This document shows, one piece after another, positions 52,701-64,000 of a stretch of DNA of 64,000 nucleotides. The position numbers and the translations under genes are program-made. The notes below the pieces were generated by a model. That model worked only from the letters and a program-made list of their open reading frames with translations, ran no database searches and had not been told where the DNA came from. Source of the DNA: Marsupella aquatica. Taxonomy: Eukaryota; Plantae; Marchantiophyta. How positions within the stretch are numbered: position 1 is the stretch's first letter; each line of letters begins with the position of its first letter. The stretch is from assembly GCA_973895155.1 (NCBI GenBank), contig OZ316896.1, forward strand, positions 17,348,754 to 17,412,753. Direction: 5' to 3'.

Positions 52701-53941
52701 TGCAAACAATGCCTATGGCACCTCTTGCCCCAGAAAATACCTTTGAGGTTGCTTTGGCAAAAAAAAAAAGGCAAAAGAATAGGCAATGAGAGGGAGGAGG
52801 AGAGGTGAAACAGAAAAAAGAGAATGAGGAGATTGAGGGATTTTTTTTCCTTTTATGCTAATCTTGCCCTTACCTCTAATTAATGTCATACCTAATCAAT
52901 GTTAATATTGTACTTACCTTAATTGAAAGCCCACCTAGCCCACTTAGCTCCAATTATAAACACACCTAACTCATATTTAGTTCATGCTTTTAATGAGCGC
53001 ATGTTAGTCTCCCAAGAGTAAGGAAAAAACAGATGTAATTTGAAAGAAAGATTTTTAAAAATCAAATTGTCCACTTCCCTTTTATATTCATCCCCTTCAT
53101 TTACTACCTTAAGTGTTTCCAAAGATTAAAAGAAAATATAAATTCTCATTATGATTCTTTCGAAAGAAAAAGTAACCCTTGTTCAAAGATGTTGTACACA
53201 AGTACATACCCCTTTTCCCAAGAAAAATAAATAAATGGATTAATAGCAATAAACACTCTTTAGAAAGAAACAAAACATTAAATACTCCCTTTCATCTCCT
53301 TTTGTCTGATATGCTGTAGTACATATATAATACTCTCGGGAAAATATTTTATTCTCTTCAATGTAAGTCTGCAATACATGTACAATATTAAGATGAAAAT
53401 ACTTTACTCTCCTCCCTCAATGTAAGTCATCATGACAATAAGTGAGACCTAGTTACTAAAGACAAAGTATAGCACACCAATGTATTAGAATGAAAATATT
53501 GGAACCAAACCAAAATATTTTGGGACTATTTTTGGGCCTCCATCATATCTACAGAACTAAAGTTCAGCCAATAAATGTACTTTTGACATCTACAACTATA
53601 ATAAGTGTGTCCTTAGTCCCCTTATGAAATCCAAAACTGGCGGGAATCAAAACTGGGTACACAATTGGCGGGAATTAAAACTGGTTGTTAGATATTTTAG
53701 AGTATTATGATATTATAGTATCCATTTAATTAGCACTTGCCCTCTCTGGCGAGGCCTCCCACACCCATGCCTTCATTATGGACCCACCTCGCAAAATACT
53801 TACACGGGCATCAAATGCTTGAGATGCCTCGCTGGCCCTCACGATATATGCTTTGCCCTCCCCTCGGTCCCGATGCACTCGCCCCTGCCATTTGCCCCCC
53901 CCCCCCCCTGTTCGACTCCCTATCAACCGGCCCTCACTGCG

Positions 53942-53969
53942 CTGTGCAACGCACTGGCATAGGGCTTGT
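53942..53969 (+). mobile_element. Helitron-like 3' terminus (hairpin gtgc-aac-gcac plus decayed CTAG)
   Basis: ctgtgcaacgcactggcatagggcttgt, nearly identical to the end at 46052-46077. Confidence 0.55.
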
Positions 53970-55046
53970 CTAAAATGTATCTTCCAAAATCATAAGAATT
54001 CACCCTGTACTGATGGACATAATGGATGGACTCTTTCACATACAGGACTCCAGAAATTAAGTCAATGCCATTCAAGTTACATTTTTGGTGGACCCATATT
54101 GTTGTCACTTTTATCTCAACCAAAGCTATACATCCACTCAACATCCTTATCTGGCATTCAAGTATAACAGAATTATGATCGCCCAGCTGAGAACTTGGTT
54201 CTAATGGTCTCAGCTGGGCAATACTCCAAGCAGCTAGGGTCCCATATCATTTTGTCATTTTGGATAATGAATAGCCTAAGAATAAGAAATAAATTTTTTA
54301 ATTAATGATTATTTTTTAACCTTATTTTTTGCAATATCTTTAGTTTGGAGTATTCTAGGTTACAAACATTTATTACAAATTTAAAATAAAAATCTCTTAG
54401 TGTTTTAATGTCTTGTTACCAGAACTTAATATGTGCAATAATAGCCCCTCAAAACATGAGCAAAGTTACCAAAACATTATGAACAGTAATAACCCCTCAT
54501 AATTCAAGCTAAAAGTTGTCTTTTTCAGGTGTAAGCAAGCATGTTATTCTAGATTCTTAATGTCCTCAGTGATTTTCCCCTGAGTTTGTATTTTCCAGGG
54601 CATTCTGGAGCATAATGCCTTGTCAAGATCTAGATACTCTCTTTGCAAAGACTCTCCTCTACTTTTATTGAAGGTAGAGACTGAAATAAAACTTTCTCAC
54701 TAGGCCCTTTAGTAACACGGTGATGGACCAAATGAGAGGTGCGACGGCAAAAGGAGAAGAGTCCTTCAACTTTTGCTGATCTACGCCAAAATCCGCAACA
54801 ATTTCATCAAAAATCAGTTGATTTCACTTGAAGGGAATTTTTGGATAGGAAACAACATTACAAGCAATGGTTCCCAAGCCCGAAAATGATGCTTTTGTGA
54901 TTTCTAATAAGGTAGAGAAAATTTTCACTGAAAAATTATAGACAATAGAACAAATGACTATTCCCATAATCTGGTGGTTCCTTGGATTTGCTGTGCTTTT
55001 GTTCTTTCTCTAGAAATGTACAGTGAGTAATCTATGTAATATTTTG

Positions 55047-57129
55047 TTTAGCCCCTGTGACCTGCAACAACACAATGTGTTCACGAACACAGTCAAACGT
55101 GTAGGTGAATCTGGAATACACTCAACACACTCTGCAATTTAGTGGACGAGGACCCCAATACAGATTCTGGAATACAGTCAACACACTCTGCAAATTAATG
55201 AAAGAGGACCCAATACAGATTCTGGAATACACTCAACACACTGCAAATTAGGAGGACTTTACGAGAGGTGGGGGGCACTTGGGAGTTTTTTTCACCAAAG
55301 CAAACTGGAGGGCCATTGCACACACTAAATATAGTGTCCCTGGGCTAAAATCATTTTTTGAATATTTTTATTGCCCCCAATGTCTTGTAAAGCCAAGTGC
55401 AGCCAATGGTGCCAAATTAATTGACTAAAAGAAAGATTGAGGACCCACTCCACCTGAATATCACGTAATCTTTGGCTAAAGTCTTTGTAAATGTGAAGAG
55501 AGAATATCTTATGAAGAACTTCTGGGTCCCTTTTTAATGCAACTGACTTAAAATAGAAATGGACCAAGCGGCCAGAAAAAGAGACCACCAAGAGAGGTGG
55601 TCTAAAATCTAGGACAAAAGAGTGCTCCCAACGATTTGTCTGGGTTCTGAAACTGAACCATTCCTTCAGAGTGGATCCTGTATCTGCGTAGTCCCGGGTC
55701 GGACAAATAGGGCCATTTGGGGCAACAAATGACATATGTCATCCCGGTCGATCCCGGCCGGGTGACAGAGTCGGGCTGGGAGAAAGTTCAGGAGGTTGGC
55801 CGGTCGGGCTGGCCGAGGGACCTCGGGAGGTCAGGCCGGCTGGGAGTAGGTGGAGAGCCGGGCGGGGAGGGAGAGTGGGGGGGGAGAGTCGGGCGGGGAG
55901 GGCTGGTCGGGGGGGGGGGGGGGGGGACAGGCACCCGGGCCAGGCCGGGAATAGGCACACTTAACCGGGAGAGTCGGGCAGGGAGGGCTGGTTGGGGGGG
56001 GGGGGGAGAGCCGGCCGGGCCGGGCCGGGAAGGGGAGGCCCGGCCGGGACTACGCAGCTGGGCCAGGTATAGACAGTCGCAGCTGGGCCGGGAATAGGCT
56101 CACTGAACTGGGGGGAGTCCGGGACCGGCTGGGAGACTTTGGGCGGGTGGGGAGGGCCGGTTGGGGGAGAGCCGGGCGGGCCGGGCCAGGAAAGAGCTGG
56201 ACCGGGAAGGGGAGGCTGGGCTGGGACTATGCAGCCGGGCCAGGAATAGGCTCACTTAATTGGGGGAGTTTGGGACTGGGCCGGGAATAGGCTCACTTAA
56301 CTGGGGGAGTTTGGGACCGGGCCGGGAGACTTTGGGACCATGCCAGGAGGGTTCGGGAAAGTCTGGGACCCGGCCGGGAGGGGTCGGGAGAGTTTGGGAC
56401 CGGGCCGGGGAATATAAGGGGATATTGGACAAACAGGCCGTTTTTGGGCGGACAAGTTGTCATTTGTCGTGTCAGACAAGTAGACATCTTGTCCAACAGT
56501 GAAAACCTGGTGTGCAATAAAATGGTGATCCGTTCTTCTCATCTCCGACTGCCGGGGTGTTCATTTCATCAACATTCGTCAAAGACAGCCATTCTTCTTC
56601 CAAACATCAGTCTCCTCAGTTCTGCGGTTTGCATTTTGCAGACTGATAATATGTTCTTTCCCGCAAAAATGTATATGAATCCTGCCCGCCTGCCCGCCAA
56701 GATGTTAATGACCACTATAAATAACTAAGCATTTATTTTGGAGTGAAAAAGTATATTAATGATATATACACAAGGGTTGGTTACTTGGTTTTGGATACTC
56801 CCATGGATGCACTATAAGAGCACTCCCACTTGTGCACACCACATAGCCTCGCCATCGGGAAGATTTAGCGAGCCAGTTTCCCACCTGTCCTGCATTTCAC
56901 ACTCACCGAAAATGGCCAACCATAGTTTGGACCACAAAAAAATGAAGTGTTGAGTGCACTCACCAGAGCAGCTACATAGATGTCGGATCTAAGCGGGCTA
57001 TGTCCTGCTAGCCTCAGCCACAATCATGCCCTCAGCTAGCAGCAACTGCAATTGTGCTCCAATGATCACTTTACAGGAAGGGCACTTTGTGACTTTTCAT
57101 GAAAGCAAACTAGAGGGCCACTTTTTGGT
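55047..57129 (+). repeat. Second copy of a segmental duplication (matches 43351-~43990 joined to ~46090-46470), interrupted by insertions
   Basis: Colinear matches: tttagcccct.tgacctg; the 56-bp repeats; ctgaaccattccttcagagtggatcctgta; tgcaataa.atggtgatccgttcttctcatctccgactgcc; tatacacaagg.ttggttactt...ctagagggccactttttggt. Confidence 0.9.
55688..56510. mobile_element. ~820-bp very G-rich insertion of unknown class within the duplicated block
   Basis: Splits the sequence gatcctgta...tgcaataa, which is nearly contiguous at 43735-43758. Contains internal repeats (ggccgggaataggc(a/t)cact.aac.ggg x4) and poly-G runs. Confidence 0.65.
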
Positions 57130-57235
57130 CGCCACATTGTTCTAAAGCCTGTTATATAGGCCTACAAGAGGGGCCCTAAGTTATCTCTCCACAAACATGT
57201 GAAAAATCCAAGGAGTGTGAGAAACAAAACCAATT

Positions 57236-57302
57236 GGGTTAGGTCAATTGGCTAGGGGATTTGCCTGGACCTGAGAGGTCCCAGGTTCAATCCCCCCTCC
57301 AC
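57236..57302 (+). other. Degenerate tRNA-like sequence with Pol III A/B boxes (tRNA pseudogene or SINE head)
   Basis: taggtcaattgg (A-box-like) ... gaggtcccaGGTTCAATCCc (B-box). No convincing acceptor or anticodon stems. Confidence 0.4.
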
Positions 57303-57629
57303 ACACTGGACTGTGGAGGATATATGTGTGTGGGTGGGATGGGTTTTGTAGGTAGTGGATTGGAGTTCTGATTATCTGCTCGGCCCTTGGTTGCCCACTT
57401 TGTGGCCCTGATGTAACCCTTCCTGGTGCGGGTCCTGTCGGATCCGTTGGCAGGGGCTCACCCTGGTCTGGGTTCATTACGGAAAAACTGTCACATTGGG
57501 GTGGGGGGAGTCTAATTGTATTTCCTCCCCATTTCCTTTCAAGACAAAAAAAGAGTGTGAGAAACAAACACTTAAGATAATGCCAACCCCTCCCCTCGTA
57601 ATTATTTATTGCGATGTTTCCTAGTTTAT

Positions 57630-60600
57630 TGTGACGGGGTCCCCGTCTCGGAAAGTCACCGTTAGGTGTTATTGGCAAGATGCATGTAAATAAACAGGCC
57701 AATTTACACAAGGGTTTTTCATTTTTTTTAATTTCTTAAAAGTTAATTGTCCCCGACGTGTGTCTGTGATAATCGTGGGCCGGGGCTATCTGAAACCGGG
57801 GAGAACTATTTTTATTGATTTTTTTCCTTGTTGGGTCTTGTCGTTGTAAGAGGATAAGATAGGGATTCTTATCTAGGGGTACCACTTGAATAAGGGTTGG
57901 AACCGCGGCACTTGACTTGGTCCGTTTTGTTGCGGAGGCCCAACTTTGTTTTGGGAACCCGGCTTTAGAGTAGATCGGGAGGGTTCGTAAGGGGGTCTTT
58001 ACGGAACTTAAAACCCCATTTATAAGGGCTAAACAAGCAGGAGGCCAGGTCGCGAGCCAAGGATGACCACAGCCGGGGAGGGCGAGCACTTGGGGGCCCA
58101 TAAGGGGCAGCCCTAGAGCCGCCATCTGGAATCCCCAAGGCTGAGCAAGAAGCGAGCCGGGGTGAGGAGCGGCAGCAGGCAGAAGGCACCCAGGTGTGGG
58201 GGGGTTTAAGTTTCCCAAAATGGGTCGCAGCCGGGAGGGTAGCAAACGACGGCCGGAGCAAGCAGGTAGCCGGGAGGAGCCAGTGAGCTGCGAGTGGCGG
58301 TGGCGGTGAGTGAGGCTGTCGGGGGGGAAATTAAATCCCCCAAAACGGGGCGCAGCACTCCGGGGCAAGGAAACGCCCCCTGCATAGGGCTCCGCAAGTG
58401 AACGGAGGGGGAGAGGGCTGCGAGCCCACCAGCTGTGACCGAGGAGGAGGAAGCTGCCTGGCGAGCGAGGAGCGGGCCGGGAGGGGCATTAAATGCTCCC
58501 GGTAGCCGGGAGGTAGTCACGAGTAGCCGCGAGGTGGCAGCCGCGAGGTGGCAGCCACATGGAAGTTGGCTTTGGATAACATAGGGAGGATCGGGAATTC
58601 CCTCCCCTTTGTTTTTTTTCTTTGGTTTTTTTCTTTGCTTCCTTCTCCACGCGCACAACTCCTTTCTTGGCCGAAGCACTCTGCCCTCATTTCCGAAAGC
58701 AATTTCCCCAATGCCGGAAGCTCTCTACCAGCTCTTACACTTATTTTTGAAGCTCTTTCTCATGGTCAATTGTTGGGGCTTGTGGGCATGATTCTTCTGG
58801 GCATTAGCGGCAGCAGCACGGAGTGGCTTCTAAGGGAATTGAGGGTAATTGATTGATCGGGATACGGGGGCCGTTTCGGGCCAGGGGATTGACATTGCTA
58901 CGGGTGACGGGATTTGGTGATTGAGGATTTGATTTCTGGATGCATGGATGCTGGATCAACCGGAGTTTAGTGCGGCACGCGTTCGGAGATACAAGGCTGC
59001 TTACCATGACTACGTTGAGACATTGATTGCAAGAGAGAGAGAAGAGAGAAAGGCTACGATGAGAACTGGGCTGGCGGCAAGTTCCACACCGGTGAGTAGG
59101 AAGGTTTTCCGTCAAATTTATCCCAAAATCTCCGCCAAGGTGATGGAGGATTGTAGGAATATTTTTCAAGCCACCGGGCTCATGGAGTTCATGAAGCTAG
59201 GTGGAGATTACAATCCCTACGGGGAAGAGTTGGAACATTGAGGCCGAGATGGAGTTACGTACGGAAGGAATCTACTTTGAATGTCTCTAGCGAGTAGTGC
59301 CCCATGTGGAGTTAGCTAAGCTCATGTTTCTGGAGAACCAGCAATTCTCATTCACACCCCGGAACATAAGGGGAGAGCTCACGTTGACAATGGTGGCCGG
59401 TTGGGTGATTAATCCCACCTCCACTACTTCCATTCCTCTTTCCGCCGTCAAGGATGCTGAGCACAAGGGATTTCTGGCCAAGGTTCATCAACGGATCCTT
59501 GGTAACGTGCAATCCGGGGTGGTGAATGGAGAGCATTTCGTGGTAGCTATGGACATCAAGAACTATCCAGCCCATGTGTACGGATGGTGGTACTACGGGT
59601 TGAAGAAGCTATTGGACGTCGATCCCGGGATTGTGAAACCAGGTGGGGCTGTACATTTGATGGGGTCATTTTTGCTGGCCAGAGCAGAAGGGTGGATTGT
59701 TTCCCCGGGATAGGAAGACTCTGGATCATCCCTTACCACGGAAATTAGGAGTATTGCCACTACCATCTTGGGAAAACTAACGGAGGGATCATCGTCGACG
59801 GTTGGGGATGATAATAGAGAGGAAGAAAACCAGGATGAGGACTCCACATTGGAGTGGCTTGAATCACTTGTGGGAGATCCGGAGGAGCCCCTGGTCTACG
59901 ACATTCCTGATGTCTACCTGGCGGAGTTACGGGAATTCCGGGAGGGAGTCCATGAGGAACTCAAGCTAGTCCACGCATTGAGAGATTCTCTCAAGCAGGC
60001 CACTGCCAGAGTAGAGACTTTGGAGCAGAGTGCCCTATCTATGAAGGAGGTGATCAAGGCCAAGGAGGAGGCCATTCATGAGAAGGTTAAACTTCTCCAA
60101 GCAGCTCACGTAGAGATCTCCAACTTGAAGGGAGCCTTGTCCACCAAGGCCAAGGAAGCGGAAGAGGTTGGAGTATTGAAACAGGCATTGGTCAAAGAGA
60201 AGCATAATTCTGGAGAAGTGGTGGAGTTAAGAGCCCAGGTGGGAACACTACGGAGTCAAATGGTGATCTTTGAGACAAGGGCTAAGAGGAGTGAGGCCTT
60301 GAGTCTGGGGAAACGGAAGAGCCCTTGCACACCTAGCTCCACACTTTCCCCGGATTTGATCTCCAGGGCCATTGAGATGGTGGTGAAGGAAGTCAGTGGG
60401 AAGTATGGACCCCTGTTGAATGGAGCCAAGAAGAGTCAAGAGAAGAACAAGAGCTTAGAGAAGAAGCTCAGGGAGGTACGTAAATCGTTACGAGAGGCTC
60501 AGGTCAATACGGGGATGCCACCCCGATCTGTCACCCCTGGGACTCCCATGGCCACCGGGCAGGTTTTACCGTTGGAGTTGCGGTCCGGTGAAGAGGCAGC

Positions 60601-61861
60601 CTTATGGAAGGACACCATTGGTGAGGGGTACATTAAGGCGTGGCAGGCCTTGGCCAATTTGAGGAAGTAGGGGAGCACTAGCACAAGGAGTACCCCGGTG
60701 AAGAAGAAGAGGAGTGAAGTGGCACTCACTCTAGTGGAGAGTGATGAGGAGGCCCACTCACGGGGCTCAAGCCAGGGCACCGTGAGTGAAGAGGAGGAGG
60801 ATTAGAGTGGTCGTATGGACGTGATTGTACGGCCCCTTGACTTTCAATTTTTTTTGTGAGGGGTCACTCATGGGTTTGTTGGAAAGAGCTCGCAGAGCTG
60901 ATTCCAACAAGAGGCAGCACTCCTCAAACGGAGCCAGGATGAGCAAGTTAGGGCCCGACGAAGTTGGTTTTACGGGATACTGAAACGGCCATAACTTGGT
61001 CGTCCGATGTCCGTTTCAAGAGCGGTTGAGTGATTCATGATCAAGAGGAGAAGGGCTATCCAGGGGTGAACTCAGAATTGTAAGTGGAAGGGAGCCTAGT
61101 TTCGGCCATTGTGGGGTTCCTTGCAATTTCACGGTTCACGGAGTAACGTTGGGGCGCCGTCGAAGGCACTGTCGGCCCCATTGTTAGTTTAGGGTTTAGG
61201 GTTTTAGAAGCATGTGTGTGCCGCATGCTTTTAGTTTAGGGGTTTCTTAGTGAAGGGTTTCTTAGTGAAGGGTTTAGCGGTGCCGCTAGGGTAAGCCGCC
61301 ATCCTTGTGACCCCATGAGGGGTGCTTTTGGTGTGCTTTTGGTATTTAGGGGGAGAGCCCCGGAGTAGTTAGGGGGGGACTCAGTATAGTGTTTGCTTAG
61401 GGGAAGTTAGTGGAGGACCAGAAGGAGGAACCGAGTCAGAGTAGTGAGGTAGAGGGTAGCGCTTGCCCCATTGAGGCATGAGTTGGACAGATGGCAGGAG
61501 GCTGGGTTGTCCTTGCAATGTGTTATCCTTTTTACCAAAAGATATGGATTTGATTTGATTTCTACAGTTTGGTGTTGCGTTATGTTCTTCGGTTCACGAT
61601 TGTGTTCTTTCCCAGGAAGTGTCTAAGGAATCCTTGCTTGGGTTGGTCAACCAGTTAAGGAAAGGGGGGGTGGTGACAACACTCCACAACGACCAGTAGA
61701 AGTGTGTGTGAGTGTGGAGTAGTCCATCGGACTTGATCAAAAGCAGAGAATGGCTAGTCGGTAGACTTGATCAAAAATTATATTTCCAGGAGCGGAATCA
61801 AATATACTCATCCTTAGGTGTGGAAATCCTCCAAATAGCGTCCCTCCACGACCCCGTAACA
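57630..61861 (+). mobile_element. Retroelement-like segment carrying a decayed long ORF; termini tgtgacggggtc...gaccccgtaaca
   Basis: 11/12-bp inverted termini with TG...CA, a GC-rich leader and a purine tract ggaaaggggggg at ~61659-61670. No gag/pol/transposase motifs and no TSD found. Confidence 0.4.
58948..60806 (+). pseudogene. Decayed ~600-aa ORF (globular N-terminus, acidic linker, long coiled coil, basic/acidic tail), probably a TE accessory gene
   Basis: ORFs 59297-59713 and 59768-60670 are in the same frame and separated by a single TAG. The frame continues past TAG 60670 to 60806 (PVKKKRSEV...SEEEED*). ORF 58948-59241 lies in another frame. Heptad-rich LKQATARVETLEQ...LEKKLREVRKSL. 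Confidence 0.55.
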
Positions 61862-63309
61862 CGATACCAAAAGTTTATGCACAGGAGAGTAGTGTTTTAC
61901 ATATAAATGGTTGGGTAGACAAGTGACATTTATGGTTTTAAGTGACTTATATGCCGGCCACTAACTAACTAAAGTCAATGTGAGAGAAATATGAAAGGTC
62001 CACCACTTTTGAAAGGGTTTCATACCATTTTAGAATTGAAGCTAAATAGTAGTATACTAGAAAAATGACATGTGAAGATAAAAGTGGGGCCAACACTTGT
62101 AACCTGGCCACGTGAGGAGAGGCAGGGCACAGGTACCAAGCTACAGTGCTTAAGATTAAAATATTTTTGCTTTAAGGTGGTTCAAAAAGAATTATCCCAA
62201 CTCTAAAAGGGAAATCAAGGGTACATTCATTAATACAAGACAAGCTACTTACTTTCTAGAAGAACAAATAATACAAGACAAGCTACTTTACTTTCTTTTG
62301 GGGCATCCTTACAACTTTAGGTACCAAGTCACCTGAAACAAATTTATTTTTGAGCAAGAAACACTAGTACAAGACAAGCTAATTTAATACTTTCTTTTTT
62401 AAATCCTAACAACTTTAGTTAAGTTAAAGAAATTTTTTGCTGATTTATCTAGATTTGGTAACCCTAAATTTTTTTTAATACCATTTGGAGAAGATTACAT
62501 AGATAACCTTGTCACTATTCTTATTTTCCAAGGGTACATTCATTTAATAAAGTTTTACAAGCTCCTTTGGGGATCGAGTCGCTGTAATCTTTAGCTGAAA
62601 AGAGATACAATGACGGCCTAAAGCATTATCAAACAAAGGTGGTTGAGTTCCCGATATCCCTAACGCCAAAAATCATTGAGTTGGCTAGAAATTTGGCATT
62701 TATTGGATAGACCCACTTGCCAAGAAGGAAGCCAGCTTAATTTTACAATTTAATTCGAGTAACTAGCCCCCGGTTTTCAGGGCAAATAGAGGTGAGGAAA
62801 AAAAATCATTGCAAAAAACTAGAATCCCTCGACCATTAGGATGTTTTCCATTGACTTGCCCCAAATCCCTCCTTGTTTTGGGCATGCATCCTCAGTTTTT
62901 CTAACTAGGAGGAAGAATAATGTAGAAGAAAGTATCACAGCTCTATCATACTTTGTCAGCTAAGGCTCTATCGTGGCATTAGCTGACAAAATTGGGGAAA
63001 AAAGATTGTTGTCACCATTTGATTGGCCAAATGTATCTACTTGCACACCCTCTGCCTCGGGGTCCTTGCCTAGCTTGGACTTGTCCCCTTCAGTTTTTCT
63101 GTATGTGGTTCCTTCTGAAGCTTTGAACAACACAAAATCTGCTGGGTTATTATTTCTTAATGAAAGCACCATTCAAAACTTACCACTCCAAATTTCAATT
63201 TCTAGCAACCCGCATAGCAATGGAATGATGGCAAGGCCGATTTATTGTGCAATCACCTGAGTGGCTGGGATAACATGCTAACCTTCCATACATAATTAAA
63301 AGCCTGAAC

Positions 63310-64000
63310 ATTAGAAAAGGTTACCCCCGTAATGTTACATCACCACCAGAGCATAGCCTGGGTCATTGGATCATGGACCTCAAGCTAGTAACTAAGAAAC
63401 GATGCATCAACCCCTTGGATGACTAGTGTTGGACATAATGCAACGTGGTGAGTGCTCACCAACTTGAGCAAATCACTCCACAACCACGTGGAATTCCAAA
63501 ATTAATGCCAACCTCTTTTGGCCTAGTAGGATCTCCAACTATTTAAACAACTGCATTACTTGAGTTATATGTTGAGTTGTGGATTTTACGTCCTACTTGG
63601 GAGTGGTTGTCGAGGTGGTTATTAGAGTGACAAACTGTGCAACCCCATTATATTGACACTGCATGTGGAGTTGCTTTAACCAGTGGAAATCACATAAAAA
63701 AAAATCAGTTCAAGTCTCATTTTCATGGCAATCATCCAGTTCAAACTAACATGCTTCTATAATTAACAGCCTCTTGTAAAAGGTTACTAAGTATACCCCC
63801 TAATATAACATTAATTGCTACTAGAGTATAGCCCTAGGTCATTGGATCGATACACCTTGAGTAAGAAAAATGCATCAATCCATATATTGTATGATCATAT
63901 ATTGTTGGAGCATAGAAGGTGTTGGGTGCTTACTAACTAAATAGCAAATCCCCAAGCAAATCACTCCAAGACCACATGAAAGTCCAAATGCCAAGCTCTT
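63310..64000. repeat. Degenerate ~465-bp direct repeat running off the window end
   Basis: aaaggttac...agag.atagcc...ggtcattggatc...atgcatcaa...gcaaatcactcca.accac at ~63315-63500 and ~63780-63990. Confidence 0.7.

Noticed and set aside
61850-61872. tRNA-Met primer-binding site (minus strand tggtatc)
   Set aside because: Only 7 nt match TGGTATCAGAGC and there is no adjoining LTR end in the right orientation.

Overview
Eukaryotic, intron-rich plant nuclear DNA. An intron-containing microbial-type terpene synthase (MTPSL) suggests a non-seed plant, probably a liverwort (inference). Seven genes can be reconstructed by hand: mitochondrial ribosomal protein mL41 (-), CPSF100 (+, ~18 exons), a GNOM-type ARF-GEF (+), an intronless single-domain Thg1 tRNA-His guanylyltransferase (+), a plastid TPR protein (+), RFC5/yeast-Rfc3-type clamp-loader subunit (-) and the MTPSL (+, with an apparent 5' frameshift and a GC-AG intron). 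Decayed material includes LACS fragments, a Pif1 helicase pseudogene, Helitron-like 3' ends, a TA-flanked MITE, an LTR-like segment and a retroelement-like ORF region. Most notable: (i) each of the six housekeeping genes has its own private tandem array at its 5' end, and the Thg1 array consists of copies of the gene's own start region that form uORFs; (ii) a segmental duplication of the RFC5 promoter/MTPSL upstream region brackets the MTPSL and Pif1 remnant; (iii) a long hairpin lies in a CPSF100 intron. All calls were made by eye without database searches; exon boundaries are manual estimates.
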